The notes beneath the pieces were generated by a model that was not told the origin of the DNA, ran no database searches, and worked only from the letters and a program-made list of their open reading frames with translations. A DNA stretch of 64,000 nt from Octopus sinensis (lineage: Eukaryota), in NCBI RefSeq assembly GCF_006345805.1, contig NC_043000.1, forward strand, positions 112,034,001-112,098,000, given 5' to 3'. Shown here piece after piece: positions 50,902-64,000 of this stretch; the first letter of the stretch is position 1; every line of letters begins with the position of its first letter. The position numbers were made by a program, and so were the translations under genes.

Positions 50902-51194
50902 ATGACAACACAAGAGGATTCTACCAAGGTAATAGCCTCACGTCTATCTTCAAACATCATGAACACCACCACATCACCAGCACCGTCATCATCGCCAACA
51001 TCATCATCATCATCAAAAACATCGTCGTTGTGTTCTACAACACATGCAACAACAACAATAACAACGACGACGACGACAAATATGAAAACATCACCGTCAC
51101 CGCCTCCCCGTAACGACGGAGCTGAGGTTCGAAACTCTAATGAGGAATTAACTCGAACGCAGGACAGCCACTTTCCTACGGGATATAAATATAG
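50902..51194 (+). CDS. Candidate alternative first coding exon for a short ORD-only ORP isoform
   Basis: ATG at 50902 with in-frame TAA at 50878-50880. S/T-rich ORF ends GYKY-AG|GTGAGT, the same YKYR end and phase 2 as exon 14456-14630. Confidence 0.55.
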
Positions 51195-51468
51195 GTGAGT
51201 AGTTATATACATATATATGCCTGTATACACACACACACGCGCACTTCATGATATAAATATATATATATAATTTAGTCTGCCGTTACGTTCCGAGTTCAAA
51301 TTCCGCCGAGGTCGACTTTGCCTTTCATCCTTTCGGGGTCGATAAATTAAGTACCAGTTTCGCACTGGGATCGATGTAATCGACTTAATCCTTTTGTCTG
51401 TCCTTGTTTGTCCCCTCTATGTTTAGCCCCCCCCCCCCCCCGAGGGCAATAAAGAAATATATATGTAT

Positions 51469-51504
<36 letters not shown>

Positions 51505-51789
51505 CATACACACACACACACATACATAATATGCATACGCATGCATGCACACATACGCACATACTAGTAATAGAAAGACACACACACACACATGATAATA
51601 CACATGTATGTATACCCTCCAAGACGTTTGTGTGTGTGTATATATATATATATATAGCTTATGTATGTTTATATAACAAATTGTTTTGTCTGTCATACGA
51701 ACTCCGGTTTTCTCTCACCCTTGTTGCTTTGTCTTGCCATATATTTTTATATATGAAAATGCGCGCGTGTATATGTGCGTGCGCGCGCG

Positions 51790-51838
<49 letters not shown>

Positions 51839-52634
51839 ATAGTGTTGGTGTGTGTATAGTTATAAATACCTAAGACTCCTAATAGTCTCCTTGTTATTTA
51901 ATAGTTAATGCGCTGTTTTTTGTTATGATGTCTGTATCGATCTGTCATATTGGCCCAAGGCAACACATTATGAGGCTAGGGGGAAGGGAGAGTGTAATCG
52001 ATTAGACCAACTCCTGGCCGTGTGAAGTACCTGGTTTATTGACCAAACACATAGATCTCGACGTGATTTGAACCCAGAGGCATAAAGAGACAAAGCTAGA
52101 GACATTAATATATATCATCTCCCGCCGCCCTGTTTTTTTTTTTATTGGACTGCACAGCATCCCATTAGCATAGGCGCAGGTGTGGTTGTGTGGTAAGAAG
52201 CTTGCACCCCAACAACATGGTTCCGAGTTCAAACCCACTGCGTGGCACATTGGGCAAGTGTTCTTCTAATGTAGCCTCGGCCTGAATAAGGCCTTGTGAG
52301 TGGATTTGGTTAACGGAAACTGAAAGAAGCACGATATATATGTGTGTGTGTGTGTGTCAGTCTTTGGCAACCGGTATTGGTGTGTTTACCTTCCCGTAAG
52401 CTAGCGGTTCGGCAAAAGCAGCCGATAGAATAAGCACCAAGTTTTAAAAATGTACCGGGTTGATTCATTCTACTGAAAAAATTCAAGGCGATACCCCAGC
52501 ATGGCCGCTTTCTAATAACTGAAACAAGTAAAATATGTGTGTGTGTGTACACACACAGTACATCATTACACGTGTCTTTACTATTTATATGTGTATATAT
52601 TTATACACATGCGTTAACACCACTACACGTCCTT

Positions 52635-52710
<76 letters not shown>

Positions 52711-53736
52711 TACACACACACATATTCACACACGGTCATTGGAATCATCACATGTGCTTATTCTACAGATTTCTATACTTGTGCACAGTTGGTTTCTATC
52801 ACTACTTACTATAAAGTTCACACGTTTATACAGTCATACATGTCTGTGCACTCTCACATATATATGCGTGTGTGTGTGTGTGTGTGTTCTGCAACTTGTT
52901 TCCTGTCAGTGCTTCTACTAAATCTCATGTACTCTGCATCTTATGTATCTTAGTTAGATTGTACCTTACCTGAAGCTTTGTGTGTGTGTATTACAATTTC
53001 ACACAAATCCGTGTGGTTGTGTGAAATTGTTACTGTATTTTCTTAAAATCCATTTTATTTTTTATTACTTAATTGGCACAAGCATGGCTCGGTGGTAAGA
53101 AGCTTGCTTCCCAACCATGTGGTTCTTGGTTCAGTTCTACGGCATGGTGCCTTGGGCAAGTGTTTTCTACTATAGCTTCAGGCTGACCAAAGCTATAAGA
53201 ATGGATTTGGTAGATGGAAACTAAAGGAAGACCGTCGTGTGCATATATATTAGCGCTGGTAATGATTAATTTAATTTTAATAATTAACGAGAAATTAACG
53301 ATTAATTAATAGTTAATTTCGATTAAGACACAAAAATATCTGCAGTTGGATTTATTGACAAGTTTCTGATATTTCAATTAAAATCCAGTTGAAAGTAAGA
53401 AATAGCATAGGCGTTGTCTCACTCAAGTGTTGTTGGATAACCAGTTACGCAAACACACAAGTATGTTAACAGTATTTGGTTCATGTGATATATATATTCT
53501 TTTATTCTGTTACTTGTTTTTGTCATTTGACTGCAGACCCCAGGACTTATTCTTCGTAAGCCTAGTACTTATTCAATGGGTCTGTTTTACTGAACCGTTA
53601 AGTTATGGGGATGTAAACACACCAACATCAGTTGTCAAGCAATGGTGGGGGGGACAGACACAAATACATACATATATAGACTGAAAGAAACCCTTCGTAT
53701 ATAAATATATATATATACACACACACACACAAAGGG

Positions 53737-53788
<52 letters not shown>

Positions 53789-54171
53789 CATACGAAGGGC
53801 TTCTTTCAGTTTCTGTGGACTAAATCCACTCACAAGCCTCTGGTTGGTCTGATGCTGTAATAGAAGATGCTTTCGCAAAGTGTCACGCAGTGGGATTGAA
53901 CCCAGAACCATGTGCTTGGGAAGCAAGTGTGTGTGTGTGTGTGTGTATGTGTGCCCTTGTCTTGATATTGTGTGATATTTGTGAATGATTCACTTATTTG
54001 TTTCCCATATTTTGGCAGAACATGTCTGGCCATTGGGGGGGATATTACCTTCTTTCAAAACAAGTGAGGGTTGGCAACAAGAAGGACATCTGACTCTAGA
54101 AAATCTGCCTGAATAAAGTCCATCCACCCCATGCCAGCATGGAAAAGTGGACATTCAAATTAAGATGATGA

Positions 54172-54205
<34 letters not shown>

Positions 54206-54739
54206 TGTGTATTTATATAAATAAGGATAAGATTGTTAATTTAAATATTGATCTTACCAAGTGGCCAGCATGGGAATAAAAACCTTTAAAGGTAATAATT
54301 ATTATTAAAATTATAATTTAGGGTATCTCTTAGATACCCTAAAGTATAATATATTGTATGTGTATAGTTCTGTGTGTAATCTTCAAAGACCAAATACAAG
54401 AAAGTCAGTTTCAATTAGTGAAGCTCCACTTTCCAATACATGTAACTCTATTTTTAGTATTGAGTACTATCTGTTCATCATCTTATATACTCTGATATGT
54501 TTACATAAGTCATATACCGTTATTTACTCATTATTTGCCTGCCTAATTTAGTGTTAAATTTTGGTGCATTTTTCTCCCTTCACGTTTTGCCAAATGTCTA
54601 AGTCACACTCCAGTTTTTGAGCATAATTTAGGGCAACTTCCACACGAGTAAATAATGTGTGTGTTTATATATTATGCTTATTTCTAGAAACAATTATGTC
54701 CCTTACATCTTCTTCCAGTGCTATGGTTGCTGACAATGT

Positions 54740-55760
54740 GTGTCTCTGATATCCAGAAACGGTTTAATCACTTTAAAAGTTACCAATCATTGAATGGAAA
54801 TAATCAGGCCAGCTGGACCAAACAAGTTTTGCATTGCAGTAAAATTTCCTCAATGTCGTAAAGAGTTTAAATCATAAATAAGGGGGTTTCAAGTATTTCT
54901 TAATCCCTGTCAATCCTGATGCTAAACCCTAATAAACAGAACTTATACCAACATATTGAGTCTGATGTAGTAGACCTTTTAGAAAATCGCTTATACAATT
55001 TTAGATAATGCTTTATAGTTGCTAGATCTCTAGACAGTGCCATCCAACTGGCCAGGTCTTTGGACCAAGTTCAACATAATAAAAGAATGTACCAAATGCT
55101 TATTGCTTCTGTGAGATCTTTATCATCATCGTTTAACATCCGCTTTCCATGCTAGCATGGGTTGGACGGTTTGACTGGGGTCTGGGAAGCCAGGAGGCTG
55201 CACCAGGCTCCAGTCTGATCTGGTAGTGTTTCTACAGCTGGATGCCCTTCCTAACGCTAACCACTCCGTAAGTGTAGTGGGTGCTTTTTACGTGCCAGGC
55301 GAGGCTGACAACGGCCACGATTAGTTGGTGCCTTTTACGTGCCACCGGCACGGAGGCCAGTCAAGGCGGCGCTAGCAACGGCCATGTTCGGATGGTTCTT
55401 TTACGTGCCACCGGCACAGGTATCACAACTACAATTTCCATTGATATCAATGAAGAAAACTGTAGCAGCAAATATGGGCAATTTGTCGCAAGAAACCTTA
55501 AATATATTGCGAAATGTGCTTTCTATGTGGTCAACTGATGAACCACTCTGATGCTCTGTGTGCACTTCTTGTCCGAAGTGTAAAATGATGCTGGGGTTAA
55601 TTTCTACTGGTTTAGTGTCCACAATATTTCTGCTTCACAATCTTCAGCATTTTATCTTCAGTTATACAGTCTGGATCTATTAGTTTCTCTTTGGTGACAG
55701 TATGTTCCACTACAGAGTCTATGATAACAGCGGAAATTAATGACCACAAAATTAGTGAAA
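54740..55760 (+). mobile_element. Degenerate Ty3/Gypsy gag relic split by a SINE
   Basis: LDSAIQLARSLDQVQHN before the SINE (55128-55430); CFLCG..H..C and CPKCKMM zinc-knuckle remnants after it; many stops and frameshifts. Confidence 0.45.
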
Positions 55761-56070
55761 TTATCATAGATAAGAATCCGCCAGGAAATTTGATCTGTCA
55801 AAAAATTAACTAATTAACCAATACATGGTTAATTTTGATCCCACAGGATGAATTAATGAATTTCATGTGACTAAAATATCTATAAATGATTATATAGAAA
55901 TATAGGTTTGATGATGATGTGACTGTATGGCTTAAGATGTTTGCTTCCCGAGCACATGTTTTTGGGTTCAGTCCCATTGCATAGCACCTTGGGTAAGAGT
56001 CTTCTACAAGAGCCATGGGGTGAGTAATGAACGTGTCAAACGTATTCTAAATCTCACTTTGAACTGCAAA

Positions 56071-56480
56071 CCCAGGAGGCGCAATGGCCCAGTGGTTAGG
56101 GCAGTGGACTTGCTGTCGGAGTATCGCAGTTTCAATTCCCAGACTGGGCGTTGTGTGTGTTTATTGAGCGAAAACATTTAAAGCTCCATGAGGCTCCGGC
56201 AGGGGGTGGTGGCGACCCCTGTTGTACTCTTTCGCTCCAACTTTTTCTCACTCTTTCTTCCTGTTTCTTGTCCCTGACTTCCTATGCAACCGTTGAGCCT
56301 GGATGCACATTCATCCATCCGTCGATGCTCTCGGTGTCAGGGGTTGACCTGCTTTCTCTTCTGCGGGTCTTACGAATAGCAAAGGACCACGTTTCGGACT
56401 TCTCCCACTCTGGGACAAAGACTGCTTCGCTCAACAAACAAATAAAAACAAACTGCAAACCCAACTTCATTTCATTTTTT
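56071..56480 (+). mobile_element. tRNA-derived SINE (family E)
   Basis: GGAGGCGCAATGGCCCAGTGGTTAGGGCAG..TTCAATTCCC head; a related minus-strand copy lies at 56865-57180. Confidence 0.7.
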
Positions 56481-57570
56481 TAAAGTACATAGCATACCAT
56501 TTTCTGTTGAAGAAGTACAGTGGGTCTGCACCAGCTGTAACCTAATTAATTATTGTCTGGCAGAGAGTTTTCTTATAACAGCTTCTCATCCATTTGAACA
56601 TTTGCCAATACACTTTGAAGGACCTCTTCCTCATTCTAATATTTTAAATATGTACTTTACCACTTAGTTGAAGAATCTTCATGTGTTCTGTTTATTTATG
56701 CTGTGATACAAATGTGTATGCTTCTGTTAAAAAGTGCTTAGCTCATCTCTCTTCTCTATTTTTGGAATGCCAGCACCACGCATTCATTCAAAGAAACGGG
56801 TTTAATATTTTAATGTACTCAATAAATGATGATAAATAATGTATGAACTGTGTGTATATTATATATATATCACCGTGATCACTGTGACCGACCAGGTTAT
56901 CAGATGTTGCTAGACATCGCTGGTCACAATGCGCTTTGCATTGTTTTAGCCTTCAAATGACGCCACCCCACTGGCTAAACGAGCAGGCAATGAAAGAAAG
57001 AATGAGAGAAAGTTGTGGCGAAAGAGTACAGCAGGGATCGCCACCACCCCCTGCCGGAGCCTTGTGGGGCTTTAGGTATTTTTCGCTCAATAAACACTCA
57101 CAACGCCCGGTCTGGGAATCGCAATCCTACAACCGCGAGTCCACTGCCCTAACCACTGGGCCATTGCACCTCCACACACACACACGTACATACATGCTCA
57201 CACACATGGTCTATAACAGTTTATTAGATAGGAGCAGGTGTCATGATTAGAGCTAGTTATCTATAGAAACAGTTATGTTTCTTGATTCCAGCTACGACTA
57301 TTGACAATATTTTAAATTAATCTATTAAATTGACTGAAGGAGTATATCTGGAACTTTCTTAATCAGAACAACATATCATACATTCATTCATATATGTGTG
57401 TGTGTGGAGGTGCAGGAGTGGCTCTGTGGTAAGATGCTTGCTTTCCAATCACATGGTTCTGGTTCAGTCTCACTGCATGGAACCTTGAGCAAATGTCTTC
57501 TATAGCCTCAGGCTGACCAAAGCCTTGTGAGTGGATTTGGTTGCGGAAACTGGAAGAAGCCTATCGTATG

Positions 57571-57631
<61 letters not shown>

Positions 57632-60600
57632 AGTGTGTATTTGTGTGTCTGTGTTTGTTTCCCACCATTGCTTGACAACTGATGTTGGTGTGTTTATGTC
57701 TCTGTAACTTAGTGGTTCAGTAAAAGAAACCGATAGAATAAGTTAGTGGTATACAAAGAAGTCCTGTTCAACTAAAAGCGGTACTCCAGCATGGTTGCAG
57801 TCAAATGACTGAAACAAGTAAAAGAATAAAAGAAAGAATATATATGTAGGGAGGGGGGCTCTGAAAGGGGTCTCAGGGAGTAGCGTCTCTGCCTTCCTGA
57901 GCTAGTTTTCCACCTCATTTCTTGGTAGAGGCCATGGTCTTGGGACCACTTATGTCTAGAAACTGAGGCTGGGGGTAAGCAAGGGCGTGCTCCCCTTAGA
58001 AAATCTAGCTCCAAAAAATCCTCATGAAAGCAAACGAGAATGGGCACCAGCCAGCCCAAAGGTTGGGGTGGGCTGCACCTGCCTGCCGCGGTTGCTATGG
58101 CATTGAGGTAGATCTGGCCACCCCTATTAACAGGGACAAAACCTGGATTTAAAACTCTGGATGATGATGATGATGTATATATTTCGTTTTTGTATTTGGT
58201 TTGCAAGATTCTTTATGTGAATTCGTGTGTTGAAGCATATTTTATTGTGTCTGGGGAGAATCATTCTATTTTAATGCCTTATTAATTAACATGTTCAATG
58301 GTTTGATTTCCACTCATTTATTTATTTATTTTTCTGAAATTTTTGTTGCTTCTTGCAACCTCCAAAATTTTAGGAAAAAATAAATAAGTAAATGAATGCA
58401 AATCGAACTGGTGGTGTGTAAATCAATAAGGCATTAGAACAATGATGTCTCTTAAGACACAATAATATATATATATATAAACCTCAGACTTAACATGTAT
58501 TGTTTGTATTTTCTGTAACAGACTGTATTACTTATAATAGAATCTGTTATGGAAAATTCATGGTAAATCTGAGTTTCATACTTAATTAAATAATTAAGCA
58601 ATCATCAGATAAATTGCTATTGACTGACAAATTGGAGTATTCAAAACATGAAACCATTGCAGTTTCTATAACAGAGAATATTAATTTACATGTATTTCAC
58701 TCTACAGCATGTATTGAGAACTCTTTATACTGTGTAATTAACTTTCAAATATATGTTTCACTTCACTCCACATGACTTAAAGTTTCATGTGCATGCAAAT
58801 GCCATCACACTCATCAGATGTTAAAAATGTGTGAGAAATTCAAGATGACTTCTAGGTGTGAAACCACCATTGGTCAGCTCAGATTACATGGTATTAATGT
58901 TGTGAAAACGACATCGGCTATTTTCTTTCCACTTGGGTTGATATGTTTGGACAGGAAGTTAACAGGATGCTTGCGACACTTTGGTAACAATGTGATGTAA
59001 TGTATTCACATCAGATCCTTGTATTGAGTATCACACGTTAGGGTGGATGTTATTTTAGTAGCAGCAGTCTTTATATAAGAATGACCAACTTTGATGGTGT
59101 TGGGTTACAATTGAGGTTAAATTGCAGTTGTAGCAGCATTCAGCCTTGTCCAGCTTTATTAAAACCTGAAATATGTACAATTACATAAATTCACATTATT
59201 TGTGATGGGTTAAAAACAAAAAATGCTGACAATCTTCAGTTGCTCTACTGTACTAAAAATATATACAGTGATATCTTGCAGTATGAGTTTAATTCGTCCC
59301 ATGACCAAACTTGTCTTACGATTTACTTGTTTCACAAATCAATTTTCTCATTAAAATTAACTAAAATATAATTAATCTGTTCCAACCCACCAAAACCAGT
59401 CAAAAGTAATTTTTTATGGGTTTTAAAACAGAAAAGGTGTAGTTACAAGTAAAATGACAAATATAAAAAGGAGAATGCAAAAAAAATATGTAAACTGGTT
59501 TTATTAACTGAATTGATTTAAAGATGGGACGATTTGTGTGCTCGTACTGCAGATTTCCACTCATACTTCAACACAAAAATTTGCACGAGTCTCAGCTTGT
59601 ACAGCAAATTACTCATACAATGAGGCACTTGTACTCCGAGGTTCTACTATATATCTAAAGATTTTAGCCAACTCTGTGTAATAGGTAATATAGGAATTTT
59701 GTTTTTATATACAATGACCATAAACGTTCAATAATAGTAGCTTTATAAGTAGTGTCTCAGAAGCCAAAAAGAGTTTTCCGTTGATAAATCCCAATACAGG
59801 ATTGAAACTTATCTGGCTGATCCTCTTTTTCTGTCCACAGAGATATTGCATATAAAGATATGTTTACATGTTTGTTACATAATGTTGGCTAAAATTTATA
59901 GCTATATTCTCTAGTACTCTGCAGCATTGAAACAAAACATTGTTACACCCTAATAATTTGTTAATCAAGTTAGCTGCCTTGAATGTGTCATTTATGCAAA
60001 TCGGCCAATTTAATTTGAATTGGCTATTATTAGTAGTGAGTTTATAAGCAGTGTCTCCATGGATAATTAAAGTGGGTACTCAGTTGCTAATGAAATCTTG
60101 GGCTGATCTCTGTTTTTCTGTGCACAGAGATATTCTATTTGAAAAGACACATTGTTTAAATCTATCACAGTGCAAGCTAAAATCTGTAGATATATTCTGT
60201 AACATTGAAGCAAAACCTTATTAATCATCAGTTGCATCTAGAACTGTTGCAACCAAGAAATTCCATTTTTAGTTAACATAGGAAAATGTCAGTCTTTGAA
60301 ACAATGCAAAATTTCAACTTCCTAGATGCAAAATTGACCCACATCTTGGAATGTTTAGACATTAATTCAGTCTCTTTCTTTCACACACACTCTCCTCTTT
60401 ATCTTTTTTCCTTTTCTGTGTTTCAGTCATTAGACTGTGGCCATGCTGGAGCACCAACTTGTAGGGTTTTAGTCAAACAAATCAACCCAATTGTTCTTTC
60501 TCTAAAGTCTGGGACATATTCTGTCCATCTCTTTTTGCCAAACTGTTAAGTTATGGAGACAATAAACAAACCAATATTGGTTGTCAAGCAATGGTGGGGG

Positions 60601-60703
60601 ACAAACAGAAATACATAATACACCCACTCACACACACACATACACACACACACACATGTATGTATGTTTCAATTTCTATCTACCAAATTGAGTCACAAAG
60701 CTT

Positions 60704-60734
<31 letters not shown>

Positions 60735-60736
60735 CT

Positions 60737-61104
60737 AACTCTGCCTTAGTGAAGGCAGAAGTCTTGTTTTCAGTCATGTTTGTTTGCTTGTTTGTTTGTG
60801 GACAAGATATCTCAAGAACCACTGGATGGATTCGGATGAATCTTTCAGGTATGTTTGGCCTCGTGACTGGCATGAACTGATTAGATTTTGGGATAGATCC
60901 GGTACCGGACAAGGATTCTGGATTATTTTACCTGTTTTTTTACTTCATTTTTGAGAGTGGTCGGCTTTATTATCAGTATTCTTGTTTGTGAGAGCAGTAG
61001 AGTTCATTTCAGATATTCTCATTTTAAAAATCATCTTTGGCTAATCGTTGAGAGGACATTGGTGTTGCCTTGGTGGAGGTTTGTGCCCTCTGAGTGCTCT
61101 TGTT
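60737..61104 (-). mobile_element. Second copy of the 25838-26164 element
   Basis: Reverse complement shares AACAAGAGCACTCAGA..., AATCCAGAATC..., ACAAACAAAC and the terminal hairpin; in (TTA)n. Confidence 0.5.
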
Positions 61105-61106
61105 AT

Positions 61107-61790
61107 TTTTATTATTAGTTCATCTGTCACTGTCAGTGATGACCAAGGACTTTACATGGGAGAAGACTGGGTCCGGTGTGTCCAACTGTGGCCAATCAGT
61201 CCGAGGTATGCTCAGAAGGCTCTGCCACAGGTTGGTCACTGATTCTGGACTTCTGCAGTTTGTGTTTTCTTTGTGCCTTCACAATCCTGTTCATAGGAAA
61301 TAACATCTCTGTTGGTGCAACTTCACCAGGCAGGGGTGGTCTTGTGCTTGCATTTTCCCCGAGTGTCAAGGTTGATCTCAAAGCTCTTGAGTGAGGCTTT
61401 GAATATATCCTTGAAATACTTTATCTGTCCACCTTGCATGTGCTTGCCTTCTGCCTGTTCACTGTAAAACAATCTCTTGGGGGAGTCGTATGTCAGGCAG
61501 TCAAACAAGGTGGCCTGCCCACCTGACTTGCACTCTTCTCAGCAGTGTATAAATGCTTGGTAAATCAGTTTGAGAGAGGATCTCCATGCCTGGGACTTTG
61601 TTTTGCCGGGTGATTTTCAACAGCTTTCTCAGGTAGTTCAGGTGGAAGCAATTTAGCTCTTTGGTGTGGTGTTCATAAACTATCCAAGTCTCACTGGCAT
61701 AAAGTAGTCAAAGCAGTACAAGTGCTTGGTACACCTTCAACTCGGTGACCAGCCCTTTGCTTCTCCTCTCCCATACTGATTCATGAAGCC
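61107..61790 (-). mobile_element. RTE-clade LINE 3' fragment
   Basis: Minus-strand LKVYQALVL..LLYASETWIVY..ELNCFHL..LRKLLKI..RWAGHLV.LPD.RLP, typical of the RTE ORF C-terminus. Confidence 0.8.
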
Positions 61791-62924
61791 ATCCTATTAC
61801 ACATGTATACACATGTGTACACCCACACATCATCATCATCATCAGCCTTTTAATTGCTATATTCTTTTCTTTTACTTGTTTCTGTCATTTGACTGCAGCC
61901 ATGCTGGAGCACCCCCTGAAAGTGTTTTTTAGTCAAACAAATCGACCCCAGGACTTTGTAAGCCCAATACATATTCTCTCACAGTCTTTGGCCAAACTAC
62001 TAAGTTACAGAGATGTAAGCAATGATGGGGGTGACAAACACAGACACACACATATACACATATATGACGGGATTCTTTCTGTTTCTGTCTACCAAATCCA
62101 CTCACAAGGCTTTGGTCGGCCTGAGGCTATAGTAGAAGACACTTGCCCAAGGTGTCATGCAAGGTGCAAATCCTACTGGAATCAGTTTTCCCATAGATTC
62201 TTCTGAATCACTAAAATTGGTCTGAAGTAGTCTAAACATGTGGTAAAGAAGTAATCTAAACATGTGGTAAAAAAAATCTGATATATTATTGTTATTTTGA
62301 CACATTAGTTTCATTTTCTGCTGCTGTCGCTACAAATGTATACACACAGAAATTCTTTTCATATACACACACACACACACACATTCCACTGTAATAGCTG
62401 CTGTCATTGTTAGTTGTGACTTAGAAATATGTCAACTGTTGAAAATATAAACAAACACTTTCATGCTGTCTCCCTCCACCCACCCCCATCTCTTCTCTCT
62501 CATACATAAATGTCTGTCTGTGTGTGTGTGTCACTCTCATTTTGTATCTTAAACATGCACACACACACACACACACACATGTATGCATGCACACAGTATC
62601 ATGTCTGTCTGTCTGACATGCACTCCTACATACTCGCATGCATATATATACGCATGTCTAAGTATTTATGCTTCTTTCTCAATTCCATTGCACATATATA
62701 CCTATACCTAAGTATACCTCTGTATATTTATGCATGTCTATGTGTGCATGCAGACATGCACACACTCACTCGCTCTGACCCTGTTGTCCAACCAGCCAGC
62801 CAACCATTCACTATTGACTCACTCCATTTTGCTTTCTGAAGCAAAGCGCTGTGTAGAGATGATGTCACTCTGTGCTTTCCCACATACCTCTGCTGTATCT
62901 TATCTTCTTACCTACCTCCTCTGT

Positions 62925-63560
62925 CAGTGTGTCTCCCTACTTTCACTGTCTGTCTCCCTACTTTCACTGTCTGTCTCCCTACTTTCACTGTCTGTCTCCC
63001 TACCTCCACTGTCCATCTCCCTACCTCTGCTGTCCATCTCCCTACCTCCACTGTCTCTCTACCTACCTCCACTGTCTCTCTACCTCCACTATCTCCCTAC
63101 CTCCGCTGTCCATCTCCCTACTTCCACTGTCCTCTTCCTACCTCCACTGTCTCCCTATCTCTGATGTCCATCTCCCTACCTCTGCTGTTCATCTCCCTAC
63201 TTCAACTGTCCTCTTCCTACCTCCACTGTCTCCCTATCTCTGATGTCCATCTCCCTACCTCCGCTGTCCATCTCCCTACCTTCACTGTCCTCTTCCTACC
63301 TCCACTGTCTCCCTATCTCTGATGTCCATCTCCCTACCTCCGCTGTCCATCTCCCTACTTCCACTGTCCTCTTCCTACCTCCACTGTCTCCCTATCTCTG
63401 ATGTCCATCTCCCTACCTCTGCTGTCCATCTCCCTACCTCTGCTGTCCATCTCTCTACCTCCACTATCTCCCTACCTCCACTATCCATCTCCGTAATTCC
63501 GCTGTCCGTCTCCCTACCCCCGCTCTCTACCTCCCTACCTCCACTGTCTCCTTACTTCAC
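62925..63560. repeat. ~21 bp pyrimidine-rich minisatellite with a 79 bp higher-order repeat
   Basis: Units like CTCCCTACCTCCACTGTCCAT; ATCTCTGATGTCC recurs at 63157, 63236, 63315 and 63394. Confidence 0.9.
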
Positions 63561-63722
63561 TCTGTCTACCTATACATTCCTACTGTCTACCTTCTACTGC
63601 CACTTGGTTTCACAGTCTTCTTTCACTTTTCTCTGCTTCTCTTTTATCGCATTTCTTTCTCTCTATCGTCTTTGAACAGTTTTTCTTTTACTAGTTACAC
63701 TGTCAGCTGTGGCTCACTTTAC

Positions 63723-63791
<69 letters not shown>

Positions 63792-64000
63792 TATATATAC
63801 ACACACACACATGCATACATACACACATATACACACACAGAGAGAAAGTGAGAGAGAAACAGTCTGCTTGCTCAAACACATGTTGCGTTGACTCTCAAAC
63901 ATAATGCCGACAAGTTGTTTTCACATTGATTAAGACTGCTGTTTAGATTTCCTTTGGCTGCATAAACCTAACCTGCTGTAGGCTTTGGTTCATTAGACTC

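Overview
This is AT-rich animal genomic DNA packed with microsatellites and SINEs. The repeat families look like those of an octopus or other coleoid cephalopod (inferred from recalled repeat families, not a database search). The only host gene I can support is a + strand oxysterol-binding-protein-related gene (ORP1L/OSBPL1A-like). Four phase-compatible GT-AG exons (1375-1474, 3076-3182, 4947-5124, 14456-14630) encode the coiled-coil, the FFAT region and the linker up to YKYR. A candidate alternative first exon (50902-51194) also ends in YKYR in the same phase; I found no ORD exons in the window. The introns hold a decayed near-full-length R4/Dong-clade RLE LINE (7085-11022), 5'-truncated copies of a second R4 family, Helitrons, mariner/Tc1 relics, CR1/RTE/Gypsy fragments and many SINEs. 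The most striking structure is a ~2.5 kb near-perfect palindrome (16743-19286) with a type I hammerhead ribozyme near the outer end of each arm and a duplicated 2-nt-loop hairpin at its apex. It is probably a non-coding Penelope-like/retrozyme foldback unit. Other hammerhead motifs occur in the same intron (30173, 36727, degenerate copies, and a four-copy family with a non-canonical CUGUNGA core). Most listed short ORFs are artefacts of (TA/CA/GATA/GAT)n repeats.
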